64,000 nt of DNA from Hormiphora californensis. Taxonomy: Eukaryota > Animalia > Ctenophora. Each line of letters begins with the position of its first letter. The stretch's first letter is position 1. Shown here in pieces: positions 51,053 to 64,000 of this stretch. The notes under the pieces were generated by a model. The model was not told the DNA's origin. It saw only the letters and a program-made list of their open reading frames with translations, and ran no database searches. The position numbers and the translations under genes are program-made. Location: contig CM035353.1 of the NCBI GenBank assembly GCA_020137815.1, positions 3,472,001 to 3,536,000 on the forward strand, given 5' to 3'.

Positions 51053-51572
51053 GTAAAGATAATAACAACACTCCCACGCCCCTTAGATTTTCTGGCAGGT
51101 GACCTTATTTGAATTCAGATAACTGATATGTGTTTTTATACGAGGCTCTTATCCTTGCATCGCAGTTGAAAAACAATCAGAACTTGGGAGAAGTCATGTA
51201 GCAAAGAATTCTTGTAAAAAACAACACAATGCAATCCTAGACCACAGAGAAATACAGCTATAAGTCACAAAGGCGTTATTTTCTTCCTATCCCCGCTCCC
51301 AATGATCTAGTGATCATATAATGTAAAGATAATAACAACACTCCCACGCCCCTTAGATTTTCTGGCAGGTGACCTTATTTGAATTGAGATAACTGATAAC
51401 GAGGCTCTTATCCTAGTGCATCGCAGTTGAAAAACAATCAGAACTTGGAAGAAGTCATGTAGCAAAGAATTCTTGTAAAAAACAACACAATCCTAGACCA
51501 CAGAGAAATACAGCTATAAGTCACAAAGGCGTTATTTTCTTCCTATCCCCGCTCCCAATGATCTAGTGATCA
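51053..51572. repeat. ~270-bp direct tandem duplication
   Basis: GTAAAGATAATAACAACACTCCC at 51053 and 51323, both units ending ATCTAGTGATCA. Confidence 0.9.
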
Positions 51573-52225
51573 ATATGTGACATATTTTATTATCTAGAAA
51601 TCTAGAACTATTATACGGAAAAGAACTACGCCTTTATTAGTGTTTCGTCATATAAAGAAACAATTCGTATCAATCTTTAATATACAGTCGTACCCCGATT
51701 TACCAGGCCCCAATTTACCGGAACTCCGATTTACCGGGCAAAACCCTTTCCCCCGAGCATCCCGGTAAATCGGGGTCCGACTGTCTTGGCAACGCTACAT
51801 GATATGATCATGCTTCTAGAAATTCAAATGCGGGTATATCTACTCTGATACTCACTGCAAAGATTCATGTTGCACCAACTGAAAGAATTTCCATACAATT
51901 GTAGCTGATAAATGATAAATCTGAGCTATTAATACGCTTTTACGTTTTATAATAGCTGGGAGCTGGGATCATCTTATCGAGATCATGATCTTGTTAACGT
52001 AAACTCTAGATAAGTTAACTAAAAACACGTTTTGTTAAATTTTGGGAAACAAACATTTAAGGAACAAATTAAACAGAAAACACAAATATGCAACAGATAA
52101 TCATTAAATAATTGAAATAAAAAGTGTTTTCCTTTCTTCCCTCTTCCTCCTCGTTACTATAATTAGATGTATTATACCCACCAGCTGTATCTCTTTAGCT
52201 TTAGTGTATTATCCCGGAGATGGTT

Positions 52226-55200
52226 CTACATCATAGTTTTACCCACTGTTGGTAACATGTCACCAATACCCACTGCAGTTGTCATATTGCTTCCATCGAA
52301 ATAATTAACCTGGAAAGATATAATATATCTTATTATCGTTTCATATTGTAATAATCGACAACTCTGCAATGCAGGAACTATACTTATATTTAAAGCTGTT
52401 TCATCCAAATTAAATAAAACTTTGGCGAAACTATTTGAAAATCTGTCTGACCTACATTCCTTTTCTCGGCCTATTAGAAGCTAACTCACACTAATTTCTA
52501 AGGGTTAACGTGGAAGATTTCCTCCTCACCCTCCTCGACACAGTCGGCAAAGTCATCCGGGAAGACCTCGGATCCGGTAGCAGCAAGATCAGTATCCTCG
52601 GCCTTAGTTCTGTGCTCTTCAACCTGCTTGTCCTGGTATTTCTTGATGAGGTGCCGCTGCATACTGGTTGGAGTCATTGGCGGGGTTCCTGTACCATCCT
52701 GCTGGTAAAGTGTGATATTATGTAGGAACCGACCAATCAGAACTCGTTATTTAGGTCACGTGACTGGTTATCAGCCAATCAGGGACCAGTATTTCCTGAT
52801 TCGGTCGGTTCCCTAGTCTATATCATAAATGAAGCTTACCCCTTGTTGCTGTTCCGGTCCAGCAAGATCAGACAGCCGTATTTGTGTAGAATTACCTACG
52901 TTGATCGCTGTATTTGCTTCAGCCGAGCCATATGATCTGAAGATAAGAACTTTCTTTAAGTTTCTGGAGATTAGGGTCTGACGGTCATCAACGCCGAAAT
53001 AGGGAAAAACGTGTTTCTGAATCTGCTTTTTCAATACGAATCCAACGCAATTAACCGGAATTAGTTTTCTATCTTGTCGGAACACGTTGTTCCCTATTTC
53101 GGACCGTCAGACCCTACTGGAGATCTAAAAACTAGTAAGCTTAACTGCAAAGATCTAAATATGGTTTAATTTTAGTTGGAGGTTTATAGTAAACCAATAT
53201 AAGTTTTAGTACCATGATCGTCTAGATATTCTACTATTGTACATAAATAGACAGTGTGTCTGACTGTGGTCTGGAAACCCCCCTGCTACTAACTGGTGTG
53301 CTGATGGTTTCTCCGCTGCCTTCCCTTCTTCAAGATTGGTTAGAAGACCCCCTGGAGCTCGGAGCTTCTTTTTAGGCTTGTTGTCTTCCGTGGGCGAGGG
53401 GTCATCTGTGAAATAAATCGAGATATTATTTTGGAAATGAATATACCCGGACTGTCATAATAACTGTCTAGGATAGATGTTGGTATAGTACCTCTCAAAA
53501 TAGCGTCAGTGTCGTTCCGCCAGTCCGATGCAGAATGGACATCCCCGCCGAGATTTGCGTAACCATTCCGATTTGGCTGAATGGTTGCGAAATTGAAAGC
53601 GCTGTCAAATCTTTAAATTGGACAGATTAAAGGAGAAAGCACTTACTGTCACGAATATTTAAATTGATAAAGAGAAGACATTAAATTTAAATTAAAACTA
53701 TAAATGACAGGTCGTTTTCTTAATGAAGGCACTTGACGGTCAGTGTCAATCAATTTGCAGGCGAAATGCAAGAAATTAAAATTGCTCATTTATTTCAACC
53801 TACATTCGACCAATGTTCAATTCGTTTCGCCAGAGATTTTATTCCATCTCTGTACTTGATCCCAAGGTAGGCCAGAATGACTATCAAGGCTGCAAGACAC
53901 ATCTGAAAATTATGGAGGTTAATTATCGCAAATAGAATCAATTGCGGCCGTGAGTTTAGAATTGATGATGTATCTTACCCAGCCCATGACGAAGGCGACA
54001 ATAGAGAAGGTCCGTGATTGTGGTTTCTCAATGGTCGTAGTATCCATCAGCGCTACAGGATAGCTTAGTGTCTCAACCTGTAATGAAATAAAATTTAAAA
54101 TTTATATATTTATATATACAATATATCTTTAATTATATAATAATTAATATATAATTAAAAATATATCGTTGCTGCTACATAGTTACTAAACTATAGATAT
54201 AGATTTACAGTTAGCGAGAGGAGGCGTCCCAGAGGACCCGCGGTATTGTGCAATTAAAACATTCATGTGAAGAGATGGTGAAGTGATGGAATACCCTAGT
54301 CAGAATATAATACGTATTATTTTCAACAATACGTATTAAATACGCGCGCAAATATGTATTTAATACGTATTAAATACGTATTATAAGCCAAAAATACAGA
54401 AAAGCCGCGCATTTAGCACTTGAGCCGCGCCATTAAACGTCCAAGCTGAGGCTGAAAGTCGCGTTGGATGAACCTAGAGCGCGGGGAAAACAGCAGCAAT
54501 TCGTAGAAGGGACCAGCTGCAAGAAGAAGAAGAAGAAGAAGAAGCTGTATTGGGACAGGGACCTGTTTTAGAAGGCGGGGAAGACAGTAGCAATTCGTGG
54601 CAGAGCTGTATTGGGACAGGGATCTGTTTTAGAAGGCGGGGAAGACAGTAGCAATTCGTGGCAGAGCTGTACTGGGACAGGGACCTGTTTTAGAAGGCGG
54701 GGGAAGACAGTAGCAATTCGTGGCAGATCTGTACTGGGACAGGGACCTCATTTTAGAAGGTGGGGGAACATAGTAGCAATTCGTGGCAGAGCTGTACTGG
54801 GACAGGGACCTGTTTTAGAAGGCGGGGGAACACAGTAGCAATTCGTGGCAGGCAGAGCTGTATTGGGACAGGGACCTGTTTTAGAAGACGGAGGAACACA
54901 GTAGCACTTCGCGGCAGAGCTGTATTGGGACATGTGGCAGGGTGAGGCTGTATGTCGTATCTGTAACGCGCTTTTGACCTAAAATTGGGTCGGAAGTTGT
55001 GCGGCTCGCGATGGTAGCACTTGCTAAATGCGCGGCTTTTCTGTATTTTCGGCATATAATACGTATTTAATACGTATTAAATGCGTATTTGCGCGCGTAT
55101 TTAATACCTATTGTTGAAAATAATACGTATTATATTCTGACTAGGGTAATTATAGAATATTTCCAAAATACCTTTCCTCCGATGGCATCCCACAAGCCTG

Positions 55201-56389
55201 TCTTAGAAAGAATCTGAAAGCTTTTCTCGACATCAGAGCCTTTCAGTATGCCTACAGGAGGTCGTTTAACATAAAACGTGATCGTGGCACTCTTCGTCTC
55301 CTCATCAGTCAAAGTAACTTTGGTAATCTTGAAAAATTGAATAAATCAAAAGTTGCTAGATATTTATTTTTGTCTAGACATCAGCCTGATCTACTTTCTA
55401 AGCCTTCGTCGTAATTTGTTTTACCCATGTAAAAAAAATACGACGAAGGCTTAGAAAGTAGATCAAGCTGATTTAGTTGATTAGAAAATAACCCCTTACT
55501 CAGAAAGCTAATCATGTTCATGGCGGAGCACTACTTTATACGTACAATGACAATTGCTGCCTTAAGGTTATGCAGACCCATTGTAGCTGTTTCGTAAGCC
55601 CGTCTCAACTTCTCTTCATACCTTGGAAACATTTTGATAAGTAATTAACAAACAGAGAGCAGTACATAGTTTACTGACATGATAGGGGGAAACAGAATAG
55701 TGCCTCAGGTAATTGATCCCTATGACCCTATCAGGGGTAAAACGCCGATACTTGAACCTGAGGTTCAAAAATATTTTCCACGGTGCATCATATATAATCA
55801 GAGTTGCGAATTATTCTTACGTTGCGTCAAACTTTTCAGTGTCATTAGCGATTTCAATAATTTCCTCCGGAGTTGGTACCACACTGATTTTCAAAAGGTA
55901 CGGTTTCAAAGCATCTTCATCTGTGGGATCCAGTTCATCTTCAATATCAGCCTCACCTTCCACCACGGAGGCTTCATCTGCCTCCTCTTTTTGAGCAGCA
56001 ACTTGTTGAAACCTGGTCCGGATATAGATGCAATTATGGCACAAATATTATGTTGATATATCGGGACAACAATATCTAATTAGTACAACAATCAGTTTTA
56101 TTGATTTAATTTACTACAAATATACAAGTAATTATCTTACAAGTACAGTCGGACCCCGATTTAGGGACACCCTCGGGGGAAAGGCTCTTGTCCACTAAAT
56201 CGGGGTGTCCACTAAATCGGGGTCAAATAATGTTAATTTCCTATATCGGGGGAAAAAATCCTGTCCCTAAATCGGGGTGCCACTAAATCGGGGGCCCCTA
56301 AATCGGGGTCCGACTGTAACTACAAGTAATTAAAAGTAATTATCTTACCATAGTGTGGAAATACATAACAGGAGCAAAACACGTATCAT
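52226..56389 (-). CDS. Single-pass type I membrane protein with acidic and SEA-like ectodomain
   Basis: Exons 56389-56349 (signal MIRVLLLLCISTLW), 56012-55821, 55621-55546, ~55328-55172 (ATITFYV). TM FSIVAFVMGW|MCLAALIVILAYLGI, then cytoplasmic exons to the stop at 52226 (tail exons approximate). Confidence 0.7.
54294..55146. mobile_element. CCC...GGG TIR element with internal ~62-bp tandem array
   Basis: TA|CCCTAGTCAGAATAT...ATATTCTGACTAGGG|TA, ~130-bp TIRs, ~6 units at 54543-54930. Confidence 0.85.
56146..56316. mobile_element. CAGTCGGACC MITE copy (reverse orientation)
   Basis: Reverse complement of 27327-27498, TA TSD. Confidence 0.9.
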
Positions 56390-57068
56390 ACTGAGAGCTG
56401 CAGCACTGTGACAAAGTTATAGATTCCTTGCCATTGCGTCTGCTACTATTATATTGAGTCTATGGAGGGGGATGTTATGAGCAATGTAAATCGAGGCTAT
56501 TAGTTAGGAAGATTTCTTTGATTGTCAAAGAAGCACCAAGCTGGCAAGCTGCAAACTATCTATATCAGCTACTGAATTATATAAAATTTTACACAAAACA
56601 AATATATTTAAACATATAATTTCAACATCAAAAACTCTACAATCTACATAAAGGTATTATAAAGGTATACCATTCTTGGCCCTCTAGCTAATGCATGTGT
56701 ACCCGACCCATCATTTACAGTATGTAGATTTTGTAGAGATCGTAGTCGCGTACATGCGGCAACTCCTCTTTCCACTAAATTCTCTCTCCCCTTCTATCTA
56801 GTTACTCTAAGCTTATATTTTCCTACTATCTCTCTCTCTCTCTCTCCCCTTCCCTTTCTGATCCTTCCCTCTCCGTCATTTTTCTTCTCACTCGCTCGAG
56901 CAAGCTGATTACTATATGTCAGAAAGTTTGTGGACCGGTGATTGGTCAAACAAAATCACGTGACCCACGCTCTCAACGGTGATTGGTAGACTTTGATCCA
57001 GGAGTATGTGTAATGGTTGTGTAATTATATAATTGATCAAGATAAACGAAGTGAACTATGAGAGAGGC

Positions 57069-57192
<124 letters not shown>

Positions 57193-60100
57193 GGAGAAAC
57201 AGAGAAAGAGAGATGGGAAGAGAAAGGGAGAAATAGAGAAAGAGAGATGGGAAGAAAAGCAAATGACCATCAAGTCTAGGGATAGGTTTGGTATTCCGAT
57301 TTCTATCTATACCAAGACAGCACTAGTATGTGGCAGTCCATTAAGACAGACAAACAGTATTTATCATCTAGTTGTCTAGTTATTACAAACCATAATTGCG
57401 GTGATCAGTATATAGAAGTCCGCAAAGTTATTTATAGAGAGTTTGTGGTTGAGAAAGTTGTGTACTTATCGGTGTAATAGATTTCCAGTTTAACCACAGA
57501 GTTGCACTATAAAGTCACAGCCACGATAAAATAGATAAATTCAACAACTTCTGTACGCTAAATACCTACTACAATTTTGTAACGGCAGGCAAATTAAACA
57601 CCCTAACATCCCTATCCCTAGACGTTGCGTAGTCAGTCTTTTTAATCAACAAATTAGAGTCTCCTCCCCTCTTTTTTATTTCTGATCCCTTACTATCGCT
57701 CTCCCTCACTCTCTCTCCCTCACTCTCACTCTCTCTCCCTCTCTCTCTGAGGGCAACTTCAATCAGGTTTATTGCAAAAGCAAAGCAAAACACTGCGACC
57801 TTGACTCATGAAGACGCCCAATAGCTAAAGCTATATATGGAACATTTAAAATGTCGATATACGAGATACTTAAAACTAACTAGAGCCCAACGTTCTCAAT
57901 AGTAACAACAACTGATGCAAAGGGATTCATGTGGTGAAAAATCAATTTTTGCTCGATTTTGAGACGCCATAACTCGGCCATTTGTCAACCAATTTCAAAT
58001 TTCCTGGGATCTTTAGAAAGATGGGATCAAGCTCTTTCCAAAGAGCTATAAAGTTTCAATATTGATCAAGAACTCAATTTGCACACTATGTGGTCATGTC
58101 CGATAGGCTCGCGAGATCTAGTGATTTTGATAGAAAACGCGCAGTAGACGCTCAATTTTGACCAAGATCCAACCTCGTTGCGCGTTTTTACGTGTAAAAC
58201 CAGCGCTGACAAGTGCTTTTTTAGCATAAATGTCGCATTTAATACATGACCGCATCGGACCGGTTGTGGGGGAAAGGTTGCATAGTAATCTCTAGCCCCC
58301 TAGCTTTCTTTTGATACCAAAATTTAGGTTGCGCTTTGAACAGAAGCCAGTTTTTGGGCTATAGGACGAACTTTGATGCCGTGCTGTCCAAAACCTGCCG
58401 CACTTTCAGCCAAGTTATGGGTAGCAAAATGATCTTTAGACGATTACCTACAACTGCTACACAATTTCCAAGGTGTTTGACAGCACACGCAAGCGTGCAC
58501 GTTCCCTGAAAGCGCCTAACAAAATCGCGCAAAACCCCTCAAAACGGAGGATTCCTATCGGACAAATGCGCGTTTTGACCACATAGTGTTGCACGTGCAA
58601 ACCCCTGATGTCGTTATCCCCCTCCCACTCCACCTCTAAACCTGCACGTGCAAATGTTGACCCAAGACTATCACTACCAAGCATTTTTTACCTTTTTTAA
58701 TTAAGATGAAATGTTTTACAATTATACATTATATCTACTAGTAGGATAATCCTCAAGTTTTACTAGAACAGTAAAAGAATCAAACAACATACATTCCCAG
58801 AAACATCAAAAAATCTAGTACAACTATCATTAAATGACATGATGGCTCGAAACAAATTGGAGTGATCAGCAAACGTGTAATATTTCTCACGGTTCACGTT
58901 TTATAGAAAATGTAATTTGGTAACTTTCTGTGAACCACTAAACCGTTTAGTGGTTCACAGAAAGTTACCGAATTACATTTTTATATTAGACTCCACGTAG
59001 AGCGTATATAATGAATAAGGTATATGACGATTAAAAGTTCGTAAATATATTTACATGTGTCATGACATGCCATGCTAGTACAACATCCTGCTGTAATGGT
59101 CTGCATTGTACAGACGTTATATGGCAGAGTCATCACACCATGTCCTCCCTTGGGAACTCAATGCTGCAGCCACTAGAAAAAAAGGGGGGCAGAGGGGAGA
59201 GAGAGAGAGGAGGGGAGGGAGAGGAGGGGGGAAAAGGGGGGGGGGGAGAGAAAAGAGGAAGGAAAAGGAGAAAGGGAAGAGAGGGAAAAGAGAGGGAGAG
59301 AGAGAAAGAGGAGAAGGACAGAAAGAAGAGAGAGAGAGACAGAACAGGACAGGAGAAGAGAGAGAAACGAGGAAGACAGAGAGATAGAGAGGTATAAATG
59401 GTGTAATTGTGATAGTTCGCCTAATGGCACGCTCCAGGGAGTCTATCTCTTTTCTGTAATGACGTGGTAGAGCTGCCAGTCGGAGAAAAGAGAGAGAAAG
59501 AGAAAAGAGAAAGATAGAGGGAGAGAGAGAGACCCAATTGGTGTGAAACGATTGAATACAGAGTGCGAAAGATCTGATACTGTGGGAGCTGTGGAGAGTA
59601 TGATGCAAAAGACGTGTGTTGTACAATGCTCTTCGCATGTGTAATTCATGACCAGTCGAGAGGGGGGATCAGAAAGCTTTGTTAGCTCACTACCCACATG
59701 TCCCATGTCCGTCCTCTTCCAGGTGGAAATGTGTATGATGGACTGTAATAATAGTACATACAGCAGGTATACCAGTGAAATGAACCCACTTGACGGAATG
59801 AAGTTAGTCCGTTAAATTTAAAATAAAGAATGTTGGGGGTTTTTGGGGGTTAAAAAGAACAATTTAAAAAACATATTTGAAGGGGGAAAACTAATGCAGT
59901 TGGAAAACTCTGCTCAAACAAAACCAAAAAAAAAAGGGGGAAAAAGAAGGGAAAAGGGGGGGGAGGAGAGGAAAAAGCCTTTTTAACTTTAGTTTTAAAG
60001 CTTCTAAAAAAAGGCAATGTCTTGTTTTCGTTTTATTTTGGGTTTTAAATTTCTCGTCCCCCTAGCTTAAAAAGCAGAAGGCTTTTTCCCCCCCCCCCCC

Positions 60101-60362
60101 CCCCCCTTTTCCCTTTTTCCCCCCCCCCTTTCCCTCTTCTTCTCTCTCTCTCGCTCGCTCTTTCTAGCAAGGATCGTAGTTTATGGTCGGAAAAAGACAG
60201 TTATTCATTATCTAATCGCGCCCGGAGGCGAGGGGTTTTGTATTGGAAGTGGATCATTCTGTAAATCACTGCCATCTGAAAGTTATACGGAGGAGCAGGA
60301 GTGGGATAGGGGGGCCGGAAGTGATCTCCTACGGTGCTAGCAAATCGCGTGATATCCGTCCC

Positions 60363-60398
<36 letters not shown>

Positions 60399-61234
60399 CT
60401 CTCTCATCGATTACCGTTTCCTTGCGAACTATAAGTATCCGTATCCTTCGACATGTATGTTCAGGTTGTCGAGCTGACAATATTAGATATCTTTAACGCA
60501 ATTACATATTAGAATACAAGTATACAAGTAACCATGGCAATTACAAAATATTTAAAAAGTTCCAAACGATATTACAGCTGTAAACCTATTGCGGAGTGCC
60601 AGCCGCCGGATGGGACACATGATTTATGATGAAAGCAATTGCACTATAACAGCACGTCAGCATATAGGCAATTATCCGAGACACCGCCATATGCCATCGT
60701 AAAACAGAATATGTGGGAGGATTATTATAATGTGAGCTGGGCCGGAGCTCATAATAATCATATCCTCGAGTGTGCGTGTATTCGATGATTATAAATATAC
60801 ACTCTCTCGAAGCGCGTATTAAGCCGGAACTAGTACCCCACACCCCTGGCTGATAGATGTGTGTTATTATAGAGGGAGGTGTACAAACAAGGGACGGGTA
60901 TCTTAATTTCCCACCTTAACAAAGAACCCCCCCCTCCCCCGAGAAGGGATGGCGCCATGGTGAAATATAGAAGGGATGAATTCTATTTCCTGCAGAGATC
61001 CACTCTGCACAGCTGTAGCAACCCGTCCGAAATTAAAGAATATGTGTCTTACATCGACGTAAATGTAAAAAAAATATTGTCTTTTATATTCAGATGTGAT
61101 TTGGGGAAGATTAATACAGGCTGTTTCATGCTGATCAATTGTGTCAAAAATACATTTAATTACAGTACTGAGACACAAATAACTCACTCACAAAGCAAAA
61201 CTTTCATCTCATACACTTTCACCAATTTCACCAA

Positions 61235-62944
61235 TCACACTGAAAAATCACAATCAGCACAATTATCGAAATCCACTCGTAACATCACATTGCACCACGA
61301 GTTGCTGCAATTCGGGCGGTAACCTAGGTTACCTTGCATCCATGGTAACCTGTATCCATGGTAACCTGCTTCCATGGTAACCTGATCGGGACTCAGCTTG
61401 AAGTAATTATATAATATAGTTTTTATGGACATGTTTATGTGTTCTTAAAAACTGTATGTGTAAACGCAGGTTATGATTGTTTGTCCATTCACCGCACAAC
61501 CAACGCTCCACGATGAAGTCATCTGAAAGAGTTTTATCCAAGTTAATTGAAATTATGTATTATTTTTAACGATTACCAAGAATTATTTTTAATAAAAGTA
61601 CAGTCGGACCCCGATATATATCATGGGATGGTCGCGGGAAAGGGTATTGCCCGGGGTCCGACTGTATACATAGTATCAATTAGCACTTAATACCTGCGAG
61701 AGTTTCATCAAGGGTGATCCGTTTTTGATAAAGTATGCTTCACAGGGGTCGCTCAGGCCCTCCCCGTTCATCGTGATGATGCTCTGCCCAGGCATGGCTC
61801 TTTTTTCGTTCTCAAGGAACTCCTGATCAATTTCCATAGCACTGAAATTAGATACATCAATAGTATATACTATAGAGTACAGTATAGGTGCACTGTTTCA
61901 TGAATATGGGAATTGTCACCCATATAAGTGTATATTTACGAAATCGGACTCATACAATTCACATCCTCAAATAGTTACGCTGTAGCGTTGACATGGAAGT
62001 TTGAAAGTGGTTGATGTGGTAGCGTGAGGTGACTGCAATGAGGGAAATCATACGACTCTTACTGATGTAAGCGACATTCGGCAGGTGCTGACTGAATTTG
62101 CAATCCCTTACTGGAGTAAGCGACAAGTGCTGACTGTTTTCCAAAATAACTCTTATTTTCTAGCAAGAGTATAGCAAGAGTAAGAGAATGGTGTATTCTC
62201 TTGCGTGGTAGTTGTCGCTTGTAAGCGACGTGTGGACTCTTCCTACTCTTCCTACTTTCTCTTCCCAATTCTTTCTCCTATTGGCCATTCAGAAAAAGAA
62301 CTTTGAGGGATCACTCAGCATTGTCGCTTACAAGAGTTATCAAGAGTAATGTTGCCTGATTTGTCGATTGTCGCTTACTTCAGTAAGAGTCTTATGATTT
62401 CCCTCTATGGTAACGGGGTGGTTGCTATAGGAACTGGGTAGTTGCTATAGGAACTGGGTGGTTTCTATGGTAACTAAAAGTGGTTTCTATGGTAACTGGG
62501 TGGTTTCTATAATGGTGATTGCTCTATCATACCTTGTATCTCGTCGTTGTCGTTGGTAACTGATAAGATTATCGACCATATCGCTGTTAGATGCCGACCA
62601 TTCAGCGTTGTATTCCTGCTGGTGAGTTTCTTTCAAACAGATCTTGATCTCATCCTGTACCGACTGAAATATTCAAATAAGGGAGTTAATATCATTTAGT
62701 GCATGCAGAGCTTCTTGAAACACATTAGATAAGAAGAAAAGAAAGGTATAAAGAGAAAATCTTTGAAGCAACATACTGGTTAAATATTATAGTCGGATTC
62801 CGATTTAGCGGGAAATATCAAAACCCTTTCCCTGGGAATCCCTGGGGTCCGACTATATTTGAAACAACATCGTACCTTTTCAAGAGGGAGGGCGTTTGAA
62901 ACAGCGGCCACTACTAGAAAGAAAACTGCGTTTATAAAATTCAT
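61235..62944 (-). CDS. Secreted prohormone-like precursor with Cys-rich C-terminus
   Basis: Exons 62944-62876, 62663-62533, 61841-61694, 61522-61493, 61323-61235. Signal MNFINAVFFLVVAAVSNA; RQRR and KR sites. The Cys-rich tail needs +1 nt in the A5 run at ~61722-61726. Confidence 0.65.
62041..62404. mobile_element. MITE with ~36-bp TIRs
   Basis: AGGGAAATCATACGACTCTTACTG...CAGTAAGAGTCTTATGATTTCCCT. Confidence 0.75.
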
Positions 62945-63064
62945 GATGATCCCTGGGCGTGTGCAACTCCGCTTTGTGTTAGCTACTGTAACTGCAGATG
63001 CAGTCAGCTAAAATAAAAGGTTAAAATGTTGTCATCAAATCGATTTGTTCGATTGGGCGTTTTT

Positions 63065-63832
63065 CAGGAACCGACAATGATATCGAATCGAATCGAAAGA
63101 TCGAGAGATCGAATCGATCAATCGAGTAGTTTTTTAAGCTCAGAGATCGAATCGAGATCGAATTGAGATTTTTTGACTTCCCATAAATCGAATCGAGATC
63201 GAATCGAAATTTTTTGAACCCTCAAAGATCGAATCGAAATCGAATCGAAAGGTTTTTATCGCCCGAAGATCGAATCGAGATCGAATCGATATTTTTTGAA
63301 CCTTGAAAAATTGAAACGAGATCGAATCGATATTTTTAACCGCCTAAAGATCGAATCGAGATCGAATCGATATTTTTTGAACCCCAAAAAATTGAAAAGA
63401 GATCGAATCGATATTTTTTACCGCCTAAAGATTGAATCGAGATCGAATCAATAAATTTTGATCGGTCACCAAAAGATCGAATTGGGATCGAAAACAAAAT
63501 ATCATAAATCTTTGGTATGTAGAAACCGGCGATATTATCGGATCGAATCGAAAGGTCGAATCGAGATTGAATCGAAAGTTTTTGAGCGTACAAAGATCGA
63601 ATCGATATTTTTTGATCGCCCAAAGATCGAATCGAGATCGAATCGATATTTTTTGAACACCGAAAGATCGCATTAGAGATCGAATCAAAAGTTTTTGAAC
63701 CCCAAAAGATTGAATCGATATTTTCGGATAGCACATAGCACATAGATCGAATCGAGATCGAATCGAAAAATTTTGGTCGTTCAAAAAAGATCGAGATCGA
63801 ATCGAAAAAAAATCCGGTATCGCCGGTTCCTA
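63065..63832. mobile_element. hAT-type MITE with (GATCGAATCGA) internal repeats
   Basis: CAGGAACCG...CGGTTCCTA termini with 8-bp near-identical TSD GCGTTTTT/GCGTTTTC. Confidence 0.8.
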
Positions 63833-64000
63833 GCGTTTTCTTATCTCACGATATGTTTCAAAATACGCCAGAGAAATTGTTTGCAAAATAGTAGCAACCA
63901 CAACGAGCATCAGAAATTCACAAAGAGTGCAGTCGCTGCAGCAATCGGTATAGTAGTAAACATCCAAATTCAGCCCTGGTCATTGACCAACTAAGTTTTT

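Noticed and set aside
63336-63784. Repetitive SIRS/RFD ORFs
   Set aside because: Translations of the hAT MITE internal repeats.

Overview
Eukaryotic, intron-rich and MITE-rich genomic DNA, most likely from a ctenophore. The inference rests on a VWYamide-family neuropeptide precursor and an LDLa-rich GPCR lacking LRRs. Three stretches (~860-3560, ~39220-40770, ~59170-60150) are homopolymer-degraded and look like sequencing or assembly artefacts. From ~4 to ~24 kb lies a mosaic island of decayed, internally duplicated ORFs, almost all on the minus strand. It holds two Crypton-type tyrosine-recombinase remnants, three Ulp1/SENP-like (C48) protease copies, a BEN-domain remnant and coiled-coil/Cys-rich ORFs, and may be a relic of a large cargo-carrying Crypton-like element. 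Host genes reconstructed by hand from splice sites: a short pentraxin; an LDLa-7TM GPCR disrupted by a frameshift and a palindromic MITE; a 3-exon RWYamide neuropeptide precursor; a matrix metalloproteinase with a C-type lectin domain between its catalytic and hemopexin domains; a 4-EF-hand gene nested antisense in an MMP intron; a type I membrane protein; and a Cys-rich prohormone-like secreted precursor. All family assignments come from manual motif recognition; no database searches were run.
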